From an uncultured delta proteobacterium (GTDB taxonomy: Bacteria; Desulfobacterota; Desulfobacteria; Desulfobacterales; Desulfosalsimonadaceae), in assembly GCA_963826785.1 (NCBI GenBank), contig CAWGYD010000006.1:960001-1024000 (forward strand): a stretch of 64,000 nucleotides of DNA, given 5' to 3'. The notes beneath the pieces were generated by a model. The model ran no database searches, had not been told where the DNA came from, and was given only the letters and a program-made list of their open reading frames with translations. Within the stretch, counting starts at the first letter, position 1, and every line of letters starts with the position of its first letter. The translations under genes were made by a program, and so were the position numbers. Below are positions 29,110 through 38,296 of the stretch, piece by piece.

Positions 29110-31446
29110 ATGGATAAAAAATATGGTGTTTATATCTGCACGGGCTGCGGCATCGGCGATGCCCTGGATGTAAAAGCCCTGTGCGATCTGGTGGAAGAAG
29201 AAGGCCTTTCTTGTAAGACTCATGCGATGTTCTGCGGCAAGGAAGGCGTCGATCTGATCAATAAGGACATTTCCGAGAAAGGGATCAACACCCTGGTGAT
29301 CGCGGCCTGCTCCCGCCGGGTCAACTATGATGTATTCAAATTCCCCGGCTGTATCGTCGAGCGGACCAACCTGCGGGAGCAGGTGGTCTGGTCTCATCCC
29401 CGTTCCGAGTTTCCGGCCCTGACCGAAGAGCAGAAGGGTGACGAGGACAATTTCGATCGGGTGCAGATGATGGCCGAGGACTACATTCGGATGTCCATGG
29501 CCAAGGTGGAGAAGATCAATCTGCCCGAACCCTACAAAATGGAGAATTTCAGCCGCAAGATCCTGGTGATCGGCGGCGGCGTGACCGGAATGTCCGCGGC
29601 CCTGGATGCGGCCGGTGCCGGCTACGATGTGACCATCGTGGAAAAGGAATCGATGCTGGGCGGCCAGGTGGCCAAATGGCGCCGGCAGCTGCCGGTCAAG
29701 GCGCCCTATACCGACTTGATTGCTCCGGTGGTGGCTCAGAAAATCCAGGCGGTGGAGAAAAACCCCAAAATTACGGTGAAGACGGAGTCCATGGTTGCCC
29801 GCATCGCCGGCGAGCCGGGCAATTTCACCGTGACCTTCAAGAAACCGGGCGAGAAGATCGAATTTGACGTTCCCTATCCGCTGCCCGATGAAATGAGGGT
29901 GGATGAAAGCGGCAAGGAACTCGATGCCGAATCCCTGCATGCCAAATTTTTGGAGTATAACGAAGGCCGGAAAGACATCCTGACGCTCGACCCCGACGGC
30001 GAACTGTTCGGAGCGGTGATCCTGGCGGCCGGATGGCGGCCCTATGAACCCAAGGAAGGGGAATTCGCCCACCTGGGATTCGGCGAGTTGCCGGATGTGG
30101 TCACCAATTATCAGTTCGAAGAGATGGCCGCCAAGGGAAAAATTGTGCGCCCCTCCGACGGCAAGCCCGCCAAATCGGTGGTATTCGTCCAGAGCCCGGG
30201 AAACGGCACGGACGCGGATTTCCCCTATGCCGCATCAGTGACTTCCATGGTGGCGCTCAAACAGGCCAAGTACGTGCGCGACGATTACGCGGACGGCAAA
30301 TCCTATATCATTTATCAGCACATGCGGACCCCCGGGCTTTCGGAAAATTTCTACAAAGCCATGCAGCAGGACCCGGGCATTTTCATGTCCAAGGGCAACG
30401 TGACCGGCGTATCCAAAAACGGGTCGGGCCTTTCCGTCAGTGCGGCCGATACCCTGCTGGGCGATCAGGTGGAGCTCAGAGCCGACATGGTGGTCCTGGC
30501 CACCGGTATGGTGCCGGTCACCGTGGACAATCCCACTGTCAACCTGGCCTACCGCCAGGGACCGGGTTTCCGGGACATCGGTCTTTTCGACGGGTACGCG
30601 GATTCCAATTTCATCTGCTTCCCCTATGAAACCCAGAGAACCGGCGTGTATGCCGCCGGCGCCATCCGGCGGTCGATGACCGTGGATGAATGCATGGATG
30701 ACGCGGCCGGTGCGGCCCTGAAAACCATTCAGTGCCTGGAATCGGCCAATCGCGGGGTCGCCGTTCATCCCCGGTCCGGGGACATGACCTTCCCGGATTT
30801 CTTCTTTCAGCGCTGCACCCAGTGTAAACGCTGCACGGAAGAATGCCCCTTCGGCGCCATCGACGATGATGCCAAGGGGACCCCGAAGCCCAATCCCTCC
30901 CGCTGCCGCCGCTGCGGTACCTGCATGGGCGCGTGTCCGGAGCGGATCATCGGGTTTGCCGACTACAACATCGACAGCATCGGTTCCATGGTCAAGGCGG
31001 TCAAAGTGCCGTCGGAAGACGACTATTCGGAACCCCCTTTCCGGATTCTCGGTCTGGTCTGTGAAAATGACGCCTACCCGGCTTTAGATGTTCTGGGCTT
31101 GAACGGCAAGTCCTTTTCCGCAGATGTCCGCCTGATTCCGGTGCGCTGCCTGGGATCGGTCAACGTGATCTGGATCAAGGATGCCCTGTCCCAGGGAATG
31201 GACGGTGTGTTCCTGCTGGGATGCAAGCATGGCGATGATTACCAGTGCCATTTCGTCAAAGGCAGCGAACTGGCCGATATCCGGATGAAAAAGATCGGTG
31301 AAGCCTTGAAAAGCCTGGCGCTGGAGAAGGAGCGGGTCGCTCAGTTCGAGGTGGCCATCGACGATTATGACAAGATTCCAAAGATCATCAACGACTTCGT
31401 CGAGGAAGTCGAAGGACTGGGACCGAACCCCTTCAAGGGATTCTAA
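29110..31446 (+). CDS. qmoB: Qmo subunit B (HdrA-like + 2x[4Fe-4S] + MvhD domain)
   Basis: YICTGCGIG, AACSRR, CTQCKRCTEECP, CRRCGTCMGACP, CENDAYPA, GCKHGDDYQCHF, GPNPFKGF. Confidence 0.95.
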   Translation: MDKKYGVYICTGCGIGDALDVKALCDLVEEEGLSCKTHAMFCGKEGVDLINKDISEKGINTLVIAACSRRVNYDVFKFPGCIVERTNLREQVVWSHPRSEFPALTEEQKGDEDNFDRVQMMAEDYIRMSMAKVEKINLPEPYKMENFSRKILVIGGGVTGMSAALDAAGAGYDVTIVEKESMLGGQVAKWRRQLPVKAPYTDLIAPVVAQKIQAVEKNPKITVKTESMVARIAGEPGNFTVTFKKPGEKIEFDVPYPLPDEMRVDESGKELDAESLHAKFLEYNEGRKDILTLDPDGELFGAVILAAGWRPYEPKEGEFAHLGFGELPDVVTNYQFEEMAAKGKIVRPSDGKPAKSVVFVQSPGNGTDADFPYAASVTSMVALKQAKYVRDDYADGKSYIIYQHMRTPGLSENFYKAMQQDPGIFMSKGNVTGVSKNGSGLSVSAADTLLGDQVELRADMVVLATGMVPVTVDNPTVNLAYRQGPGFRDIGLFDGYADSNFICFPYETQRTGVYAAGAIRRSMTVDECMDDAAGAALKTIQCLESANRGVAVHPRSGDMTFPDFFFQRCTQCKRCTEECPFGAIDDDAKGTPKPNPSRCRRCGTCMGACPERIIGFADYNIDSIGSMVKAVKVPSEDDYSEPPFRILGLVCENDAYPALDVLGLNGKSFSADVRLIPVRCLGSVNVIWIKDALSQGMDGVFLLGCKHGDDYQCHFVKGSELADIRMKKIGEALKSLALEKERVAQFEVAIDDYDKIPKIINDFVEEVEGLGPNPFKGF

Positions 31447-31455
31447 AATCATGTG

Positions 31456-31483
31456 ATGACCCGCCGGTCGACCGGCGGGTCAT
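31456..31483. repeat. Perfect 28-bp palindrome between qmoB and qmoC
   Basis: ATGACCCGCCGGTC|GACCGGCGGGTCAT. Confidence 0.9.
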
Positions 31484-31531
31484 TTAAAAGATATGGATAA
31501 TTTTGCTACGCCTGCACAGGGAGGTATGATT

Positions 31532-32689
31532 ATGGCGGATAAATACCTGGTTGAACCAGATGTCGGATTTATAAATGAAATCAGAAGCCTCGGCGGAGAT
31601 TCGCTGAAGAAGTGCTTCCAGTGCGCCACCTGCTCGGTGGCGTGCCCCATTTCACCGGATCAGAAGCCTTTTCCAAGAAAAGAGATGATCGCGGCATCCT
31701 GGGGCTTGAAAGATAAACTCGTGGGCAACGGCGATATATGGCTGTGCCACAACTGCGGCGATTGCTCCACTTTGTGTCCCCGGGGCGCAAAACCGGGTGA
31801 TGTGCTCTCGGCCGTACGGATGTATGCCATTACCCAGTACGGCGGCTTCAAGAAATTGAGTGCCCTGATCAGTGATCCGAAAAAGATCCCTGTTCTGGCA
31901 GCCATCCCGGCTGTTGTTTTTCTGGTGATCGGGCTGGTCCTGAAGCTGTTTGGGGTGGACTGGCTGAATTTTGCCCCGGAGCGGGTGCACGGCGAGATCG
32001 CCCACCACATGTTTTTCTCCACCTGGATGGTGGACATGATCTTTGTTCCCCTTTCTCTATGGGTGGTGGCGGTGTTTGCCATGGGGCTGAAGCGGTTTGT
32101 GACCGATATGCATAAAAACGCCCTGGCGGAGGGAAAAACCAAACAGGAAAAAATTGAACTCAAGCCTTTTCTGCAGTCGCTGGTCAAGGTGATCCCGAAA
32201 ATTCTGCAGCACAAGGATTTCTCGGAATGCGGTGAAAACAGCAACCGGGCCACCCCGCACATGATGGTCTTTTTCGCCTTTGTCGGGCTGGCCATCGTCA
32301 CCGGCATCTTTTTCGTGGTTCTTTACGGGTTCGGCATCCACGGGCCGTATTCCCAGTTCAACCCGGTCAAGTGGCTGGCCAACATCTCCGGTATCGCTCT
32401 GGTCATCGGCGGGCTGATCATGATTAAAAACCGCCTGGACAAGGGTGACGATCAGGCCACCACCTACAAGGACTGGTTCCTGGTGGGTCTGGTCTTGGGT
32501 CTGGGCCTCACCGGTATGCTGGCGGAACTGACCCGTCTGGCGGATGCGGCGTTCCTGACCTACCTGATTTATTTCATCCACCTGATGTTTGTGTTCGTTT
32601 TGTTCATGTTCCTTCCCTTTTCCAAACTGGCCCACCTGGTTTACCGTACCGTGGCCATGGGATATAAGGAGTACTCGGGGCGGCAGTAA
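31532..32689 (+). CDS. qmoC: Qmo subunit C (HdrC-like Fe-S + heme b membrane domain)
   Basis: KKCFQCATCSVACP, WLCHNCGDCSTLCPRG, TM domain ending PFSKLAHLVYR; RBS GGAGG. Confidence 0.95.
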   Translation: MADKYLVEPDVGFINEIRSLGGDSLKKCFQCATCSVACPISPDQKPFPRKEMIAASWGLKDKLVGNGDIWLCHNCGDCSTLCPRGAKPGDVLSAVRMYAITQYGGFKKLSALISDPKKIPVLAAIPAVVFLVIGLVLKLFGVDWLNFAPERVHGEIAHHMFFSTWMVDMIFVPLSLWVVAVFAMGLKRFVTDMHKNALAEGKTKQEKIELKPFLQSLVKVIPKILQHKDFSECGENSNRATPHMMVFFAFVGLAIVTGIFFVVLYGFGIHGPYSQFNPVKWLANISGIALVIGGLIMIKNRLDKGDDQATTYKDWFLVGLVLGLGLTGMLAELTRLADAAFLTYLIYFIHLMFVFVLFMFLPFSKLAHLVYRTVAMGYKEYSGRQ

Positions 32690-32720
32690 TTCAATTCAGG
32701 TTTAAGCTTCACTTAATTGC

Positions 32721-32760
32721 AGAAGGGCCGGGGCAGTTTCATGCCGCCGGCCCTTTTTGT
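32721..32760 (+). terminator. Terminator after qmoC
   Basis: AAGGGCCGG...CCGGCCCTT stem followed by T run. Confidence 0.75.
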
Positions 32761-32762
32761 CT

Positions 32763-33272
32763 TTCAAGCACTTTTCCTCCTTCTCTTTATTATCGTTACT
32801 TCTCTGCTCTGCCTGACGGAGTCGTGAGCACAGGTCCGGTCCGCTCAGAATATTTTTGCCGCCCCGGGTAGTCGTTTAGTTGAGCAAGCATGGCAGGAAA
32901 GCAGTATTTTTTCTCTCCCAATTCTCGAGGGCAAAAATCTACGATTCGCTCCCCAGACCCATGCTCACGACCCCGTCGGGGAAGGCGTTTATAACGGGTG
33001 TAATGGGGGGTCTGGGAAATTTGCACGGCCAAAGACATGCCGGTGGGGTTCGCCCGGCGAACATTGCTTCATTATTTTGCCAATGCTTCATGACGAAGCG
33101 AAGCGGCCGCATCCTGGATTGTCTGAGCCGACAGGCGAGTTTCCAGGATGCAGCGTAGTGAGTCATAGAAGCATCAAAATAATGAACAGTGAGCGGGTGA
33201 ACCCCACCGGCATGTCGCCTCGGCTTCACTTCACTTATAGAACTTTACTGGGAGAAAGGGGATAGGCTTGAA
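32763..33272. other. Large non-coding multi-hairpin element between qmoC and sat (REP/MITE-like composite or ncRNA)
   Basis: Inverted repeats 32812-32836/32956-32980 and 33034-33056/33194-33216 with nested internal stems; weaker outer pairing 32763-32787/33250-33272. Confidence 0.6.
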
Positions 33273-33348
33273 TGTCGCATATGATAAAAACTATAGAAAA
33301 AAAATTACCGCTCCGGCCGCAGCATGTAATTCATTATTGCGGGAAGGC

Positions 33349-33388
33349 AAAAAAAAAGGGCTTCTGCAGTCGCTGCAGAAGCCCTTTT
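33349..33388 (-). terminator. Terminator of sat (potentially bidirectional)
   Basis: AAAAGGGCTTCTGCAG-tcg-CTGCAGAAGCCCTTTT with long A run on the + strand. Confidence 0.85.
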
Positions 33389-33410
33389 GGAATGACTGAT
33401 GTGAAATAAA

Positions 33411-34691
33411 TTACTTCTGGTCGCCGGTGGCGGCGCCGTGCAGCTTCACTTCGACCTTTTCTGTCAGGCCCTGGTAATACTCGCGAAGCACGTCGAGCAC
33501 TTCTTCACGGCCGAAATGATCCGGCAGTGTGGTGCCCTCGGAGAGGCCCTTTCTGAGCATGGTGCCGGACAGCAGAACACGGTCCTGCTTGGAGTGGGGG
33601 CAGGTCCTCAGGGAGGCCATGCCGTCGCACTTGTGGCAGTAGAAGGTCCAGTCGATCTTCAGGGGCTTGCACAGCAGGGCCTTGCCTTCGGCTTCCGGGG
33701 CGGGAATCTTGTCGAAGATGGTCTGTGCTTCGAACATCCCGTAGAAGTCGCCCACACCGGCATGGTCGCGGCCGATGATCATGTGGGTGCAGCCGTAGTT
33801 CTGGCGGAAGGTGGCGTGCAGCAGCGCTTCCCGGGGGCCGGCATAGCGCATGTCCAGCGGGTATCCGCCCTGGACAACTTTGTCGGCCACAAAATAATTG
33901 TTGACCAGCACTTCGATGCACTTGACGCGGACTTCGGCCGGAATGTCGCCGGGCTTCAGGTTGCCCACCAGTGAGTGGATGAAGACGCCGTCGCAGACTT
34001 CAACTGCGATCTTGGCCAGGTATTCATGGGAACGGTGCATGGGGTTTCTCAACTGCAGGGCGGCGATGGTCTGCCATCCGCGTTCCTCGAAAATCCTGCG
34101 GGATTCTGCCGGGCGCATGTAAATGCCGGCATACTTGGTGGGGAATTCGGCTTCGGAAAGGACTTTTACCGGTCCGGCCAGGTTGAAGTCTTTCTGGTTC
34201 ATGACCATCTGCACGCCGGGATGTTCATCCTTGGCGATCTTCCAGAATTCTTCAGCGGTGGCGGTGCCTTCGCCCATGAATGTTTTTTCGCATTCGTACT
34301 TTTTATTTTCCTCGGTCATCTCGAATTTTTCGGTGACCTTCATGGTTCCCATGATTTCCTTGCGTTCCGGATCATACAGGGCGACTTCCTCGCCGTCTTT
34401 GATGCTCTGGGCATCTTCGCGGCTTGCGGAAAGGGTCACCGGCACCGGCCAGAAGGTGCCGTCGGTCAGCAGGTAGTTATCCAGTACACCCTGCCAGTCT
34501 GCCTTGTTCATGAAACCGGTCAGGGGGGAAAAACCGCCGATGCCCAGCATGATCAGGTCGCCTCTTTCCCGGGGGGAGAGATTGATTTTTTTCAGACCTT
34601 CTGCTTTTTTCTTTTCCGCTTCCAGTTCCGCGCCTTCAAGAAGGCAAGTGGTCAGGCCTTTGCCGCCGTGGGGGGGTATTACAGTTGCCAT
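33411..34691 (-). CDS. sat: Sulfate adenylyltransferase (ATP sulfurylase)
   Basis: [67 protein letters not shown]. Confidence 0.97.
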   Translation of the reverse strand: MATVIPPHGGKGLTTCLLEGAELEAEKKKAEGLKKINLSPRERGDLIMLGIGGFSPLTGFMNKADWQGVLDNYLLTDGTFWPVPVTLSASREDAQSIKDGEEVALYDPERKEIMGTMKVTEKFEMTEENKKYECEKTFMGEGTATAEEFWKIAKDEHPGVQMVMNQKDFNLAGPVKVLSEAEFPTKYAGIYMRPAESRRIFEERGWQTIAALQLRNPMHRSHEYLAKIAVEVCDGVFIHSLVGNLKPGDIPAEVRVKCIEVLVNNYFVADKVVQGGYPLDMRYAGPREALLHATFRQNYGCTHMIIGRDHAGVGDFYGMFEAQTIFDKIPAPEAEGKALLCKPLKIDWTFYCHKCDGMASLRTCPHSKQDRVLLSGTMLRKGLSEGTTLPDHFGREEVLDVLREYYQGLTEKVEVKLHGAATGDQK

Positions 34692-34772
34692 GTTTTACTT
34701 CTCCTTTCGATCATTATCTATCCATAGGTCAATTTTGCCCGTACATGCCTCAGCATAAATATCAAAAGATAT

Positions 34773-34801
34773 CTTCTAATAAGGAAACCCCTTTTTGTCA
34801 A
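34773..34801 (-). promoter_or_regulatory. Putative sigma-70 promoter of sat
   Basis: TTGACA on the minus strand (34801-34796); only a weak -10 candidate. Confidence 0.35.
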
Positions 34802-34865
34802 GCGTAATCGGTTTTTTTAAAATCATCTGAAAATCAGCCGGTTAAAACACCTGCGCCTCATCATT

Positions 34866-35780
34866 TCATAGAGGCCTGCCAAACGGGACAAGGCATTTGG
34901 AGGGCGTTTTGATCATCGATATCACCAGGCAAGCGTCTATTTTGAAAAGGGGGAGAAGGCGGAGGAAATCATGCCGCTCCAGATAGACCAGACTGGTGGC
35001 AAAATCTTCGCGGGTGTGCGGTTCGAGGGTGACGACCAGATGCCCTGAATGCTTTTCCATGAACTCGAAAATGCGCTTGAAATCGATACGTCCTTCTCCC
35101 ATGCCCAGGTGTGCGTCCGCAGCCCCGGAATTATCGTGCAGGTGAAACTGCCCGATCCTGGAACCCAGGGCCTCCAGCCAGGCATCCAGACGGCCGTCGC
35201 CAAAAGCGGTAAGGTGCCCGGCGTCCAGACAGCAGCCGATATGCGCCGGATCCAGACGGGAAAACAGCCGGATCAGCATATCCGGGACGGTCTCGTAGAC
35301 ATTTTCCAGCATCAGTTTCGTGTTTTGCTCCTGCATGGCCTTTCCCAGCCATTCAAAAGTGTCGACAGCCGATTCCAGCCAGGCCTCCCTGCAGAAATCA
35401 TAGCGGGATTCATCATATCCGGCGTGGCAGACCACGGTTTGGGGGGAAAAGACCGATACGGCCGTCAGCAGCTGTTCGTAGCGCCGTCGCGTCGCCTCCC
35501 GGATCAGGCGGTCCGGGCTGCCCGGGGAAAGATCGAGAAATGGACCATGCAGGGTGATCCTCAGGCCCCGGTCATGAAACCGGGCGGCCATCTCGGCAAA
35601 ATCAGATGCGGAAAAGCGGTCCAGGGCCGCCGCATCCATCCCGATTTCCGGATTGAATCTGTGCGACAGATACAGATCGCGCCAGTCTTCTTCCACCAGC
35701 ATGGTATAGGGGATGTTGACCTGGACGGCATCGATGATCTGCCGCTGGATGGGGGTATATGAATAGCGACTAAGCCGCAT
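34866..35780 (-). CDS. Sugar phosphate isomerase/epimerase / AP endonuclease 2 (TIM barrel) family protein
   Basis: LHGPFLDLSPGS, MLENV, CLDAGH, HLHDN..D.H, TLE; start uncertain (35780-35804). Confidence 0.82.
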   Translation of the reverse strand: MRLSRYSYTPIQRQIIDAVQVNIPYTMLVEEDWRDLYLSHRFNPEIGMDAAALDRFSASDFAEMAARFHDRGLRITLHGPFLDLSPGSPDRLIREATRRRYEQLLTAVSVFSPQTVVCHAGYDESRYDFCREAWLESAVDTFEWLGKAMQEQNTKLMLENVYETVPDMLIRLFSRLDPAHIGCCLDAGHLTAFGDGRLDAWLEALGSRIGQFHLHDNSGAADAHLGMGEGRIDFKRIFEFMEKHSGHLVVTLEPHTREDFATSLVYLERHDFLRLLPLFKIDACLVISMIKTPSKCLVPFGRPL

Positions 35781-36321
35781 CCGATGCATCGGCGTCGGTT
35801 TCACTGATGAAATCCTGGATCAGGTTGTCCACGTATTCCAGGTCGATGTCGGATTGCTTTTCCAGAACCAGGTCTTCATTGGCATGCCTGAGCTTGTTCA
35901 ACAGGTTCAGGACAATCAGCATCAGCAGCTTGTTGCCGGCATGGGGATGGGTTTTGAAGAAAAAGATCAGATTCCGCCGGGTGATCTGCATCACGGTGGT
36001 GTCCTTGACGCATGTTACGGTGGCGGTGCGTTTGGTGGCCATGAAAATGGCGGCCTCACCGAATATCTCGCCCGGGCCGATGCTGCAGATGGTGATTTCC
36101 TTGTCTTTGATGTCTTTTACCGAAACATGGACCTTGCCCTTGATCACTGCGTAGAGCGCATCTCCGACCTCGCCCTGGGAAATCACCGTCTCCCCTTTTT
36201 TAAAATGAAGAAGGGAGGATATGAGCAGCAGTTTCCGAAGTTCTTCTTCATGCAGCCAGTGCAGGATTTGGACATTCTTGATCTTCGGTAGAAACTTCTC
36301 GAAATTGGCTTCCTGTTCCAT
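35770..36321 (-). CDS. Cyclic nucleotide-binding domain protein (no HTH)
   Basis: QGEVGDALY, GEIFGEAA, RTATV. Confidence 0.82.
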   Translation of the reverse strand: MEQEANFEKFLPKIKNVQILHWLHEEELRKLLLISSLLHFKKGETVISQGEVGDALYAVIKGKVHVSVKDIKDKEITICSIGPGEIFGEAAIFMATKRTATVTCVKDTTVMQITRRNLIFFFKTHPHAGNKLLMLIVLNLLNKLRHANEDLVLEKQSDIDLEYVDNLIQDFISETDADASDAA

Positions 36322-36656
36322 GATCCATCCTTGTTCCGGCGGTATTGGGCCGGGCAAAACGTTGGCAGTTAAGAGACTGTCATTTCAAATGAGAACAATC
36401 ATAACTGCGTCACCAAAAGCTGTCAATATATTACCGCCGGGTCGTTGGGATCGCCTCTTGCGGGAAATCAACTCTTTACCCGGCGGGTTGAATCTCTCCC
36501 GCAATGGGGTCGAGGCCTATGTGTTTTAAGAACTGCCAAAATTGTGAGAAAAACATCCCGTATATTACAAAAATGTAAATCACAATGCTGGTTTAGTTAT
36601 TATGTTTTTAGATATAAGTATTTGTTATATAAATATAAATTATCAATACATAAATA

Positions 36657-36672
36657 TGGCATGCTCCATGCA
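36657..36672 (+). promoter_or_regulatory. Sigma-54 (-24/-12) promoter
   Basis: TGGCATG-CTCC-ATGCA matches TGGCAC-N5-TTGCA spacing; preceded by a very AT-rich tract. Confidence 0.65.
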
Positions 36673-36744
36673 ATCACAATCTGCACGATAAGCATGATGC
36701 AAGAACAAGTTCATTTCGAATCCAATTTAAAAAAGGAGAAGCAC

Positions 36745-37476
36745 ATGAAGTATGGCAAGCTGTTGATTGTGGGCATGGTGCTGGTTTTGTCAGCAATGGG
36801 GGCAAAAGGGACATTTGCCGCGGATGTTACCGGGGCAGTGGATGTCAATTCCGCCTACGTATGGCGGGGGATTACCTTCAATGACGGTCTGGTGGTGCAG
36901 CCCAGCCTGGATGTCACCGCCGGTAATTTCGGTGTCAATGTCTGGGGCAACATCGACATCGACGATTATGACAATACATTGGATGCGGGTGAATTCTCGG
37001 AAGTGGACATCACCCTGACGTATTCCGCCAGTGCCGGTCCGCTGGGGATTACCGGCGGATATATCGAATACCTGTTCCCGGAAACGGATATGGGGGGCGC
37101 GCCGGGGACCCGGGAGGTGTTTCTGGACCTTTCCGCGGCGCCGGCCGACGGCTTCAGCGTGGGGCTTACGGGGTATTATGATTTCGACGAGGTGGATGAC
37201 TATTATCTCAATGCATACCTGGGGTATGGAATCGCACTGGATTCCGGCGTGGCGCTGGATATGGGCGCATCCGCGGGTTATGCCGGAGACGACATGGCCG
37301 CCGGCGGGGAAGCGGGTTTTCATGAATACACCCTGACGCTTGCGGCCGGCTATGCCGTCACCGAGCAGCTGGCCCTTTCCGCAACCCTGGGGTATACGGA
37401 TAGCCTGGATACAAATGTTTTGCCGGATCAGGATGTCAACCTTTTCGGCGGCGCGGGAATCGCCTATTCATTTTAA
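36745..37476 (+). CDS. Outer-membrane beta-barrel protein, TorF/TIGR02001-like putative porin
   Basis: RBS AAGGAG, signal peptide, SAYVWRG, VQP, EVD, GYIEYLFP, C-terminal F. Confidence 0.7.
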   Translation: MKYGKLLIVGMVLVLSAMGAKGTFAADVTGAVDVNSAYVWRGITFNDGLVVQPSLDVTAGNFGVNVWGNIDIDDYDNTLDAGEFSEVDITLTYSASAGPLGITGGYIEYLFPETDMGGAPGTREVFLDLSAAPADGFSVGLTGYYDFDEVDDYYLNAYLGYGIALDSGVALDMGASAGYAGDDMAAGGEAGFHEYTLTLAAGYAVTEQLALSATLGYTDSLDTNVLPDQDVNLFGGAGIAYSF

Positions 37477-37497
37477 TCCCGAATGAATCCGCTGCAC

Positions 37498-37545
37498 AAA
37501 AAAAGCCGGGGTCATGGTCTTTCGATCATGGCCCCGGCCTTTTTT
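37498..37545. terminator. Bidirectional terminator
   Basis: A run-GCCGGGGTCATG...CATGGCCCCGGC-T run between convergent genes. Confidence 0.8.
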
Positions 37546-37558
37546 GATATATCGGGTG

Positions 37559-37954
37559 CTATTTTCTGGCGATGCCTTCCGCCGCACGCTCATGCTGTTT
37601 TGTCCATTGGTCCAGAATTTCCTCGGCGTCTTCCATGGAAGCGGCCTCGGTGATGCGATAGGGCACTTTCCTTCCGAATGTATTGAGAAGCTGCCGGCCA
37701 TTTTCATCCCCGATACGCACCACGTGCGCCATTTGATGATCCGCCAGCAATTTCTGTATGGCCTGAATTTCCGCAATATCCCCGTCGTCGAGATCACCCC
37801 CGTTGATCACCCGGGTAATGCAGGTAAAGCCGGGCGCCAGCTTATGGACCGCTTTTTCCAGTAAGCTTACGGAAAGCTGGGTATTGTTCCGATACAGGCC
37901 GCTCACGGTGAGATAGAGCCGGTTTTTGATCAGATCGACCCTGACGTCTAACAT
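37559..37954 (-). CDS. Hypothetical protein (possibly STAS/SEC14-like)
   Basis: 131-aa ORF with AAGGA upstream; KNRLYL..G, L.PGFTCI, S.EDAEEILD pattern. Confidence 0.6.
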   Translation of the reverse strand: MLDVRVDLIKNRLYLTVSGLYRNNTQLSVSLLEKAVHKLAPGFTCITRVINGGDLDDGDIAEIQAIQKLLADHQMAHVVRIGDENGRQLLNTFGRKVPYRITEAASMEDAEEILDQWTKQHERAAEGIARK

Positions 37955-38296
37955 GTCTGATTCCTTATATTGGCATTTTTGGTGTTCGGTTAAAATCCGG
38001 TCCTTTTAATGAAAATCTCACATGATGTCAAGGATCAAGCAAATTGCTAACAGTCTATCTCGCGTTGATATACGGCGTGTGATCGCAGGTTTTTCCGTCA
38101 ATCGGATAAGCCAACCCGCGATGGGCCCAATCCTTCCTTTTTTTAAACGCCGTCCGGTGTTACCTTTATTCAATAACCATATAATAAATAATCCTCATTG
38201 CATCGCAAGCCTATAATTTGATAAAGAAAATAAAAAAAGTCAAGGATACTGCCGCCCCCGCTGTTTCGGAAAAAGGGCGGGAGAAGGGACGATGAA

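Noticed and set aside
29110..31446. Loss of the HdrA-type Cys cluster motif in QmoB (VQSPG...YAASVTS)
   Set aside because: Normal feature of QmoB, not a novelty
32796..33265. Short ORFs (62-96 aa) in the qmoC-sat gap
   Set aside because: No RBS or homology cues; explained by the inverted-repeat structure (mirror peptides on both strands)
32763..33272. CRISPR array or intron interpretation of the repeat-rich gap
   Set aside because: Repeats are inverted, not direct with unique spacers; no cas or maturase genes; no group II domain V recognised
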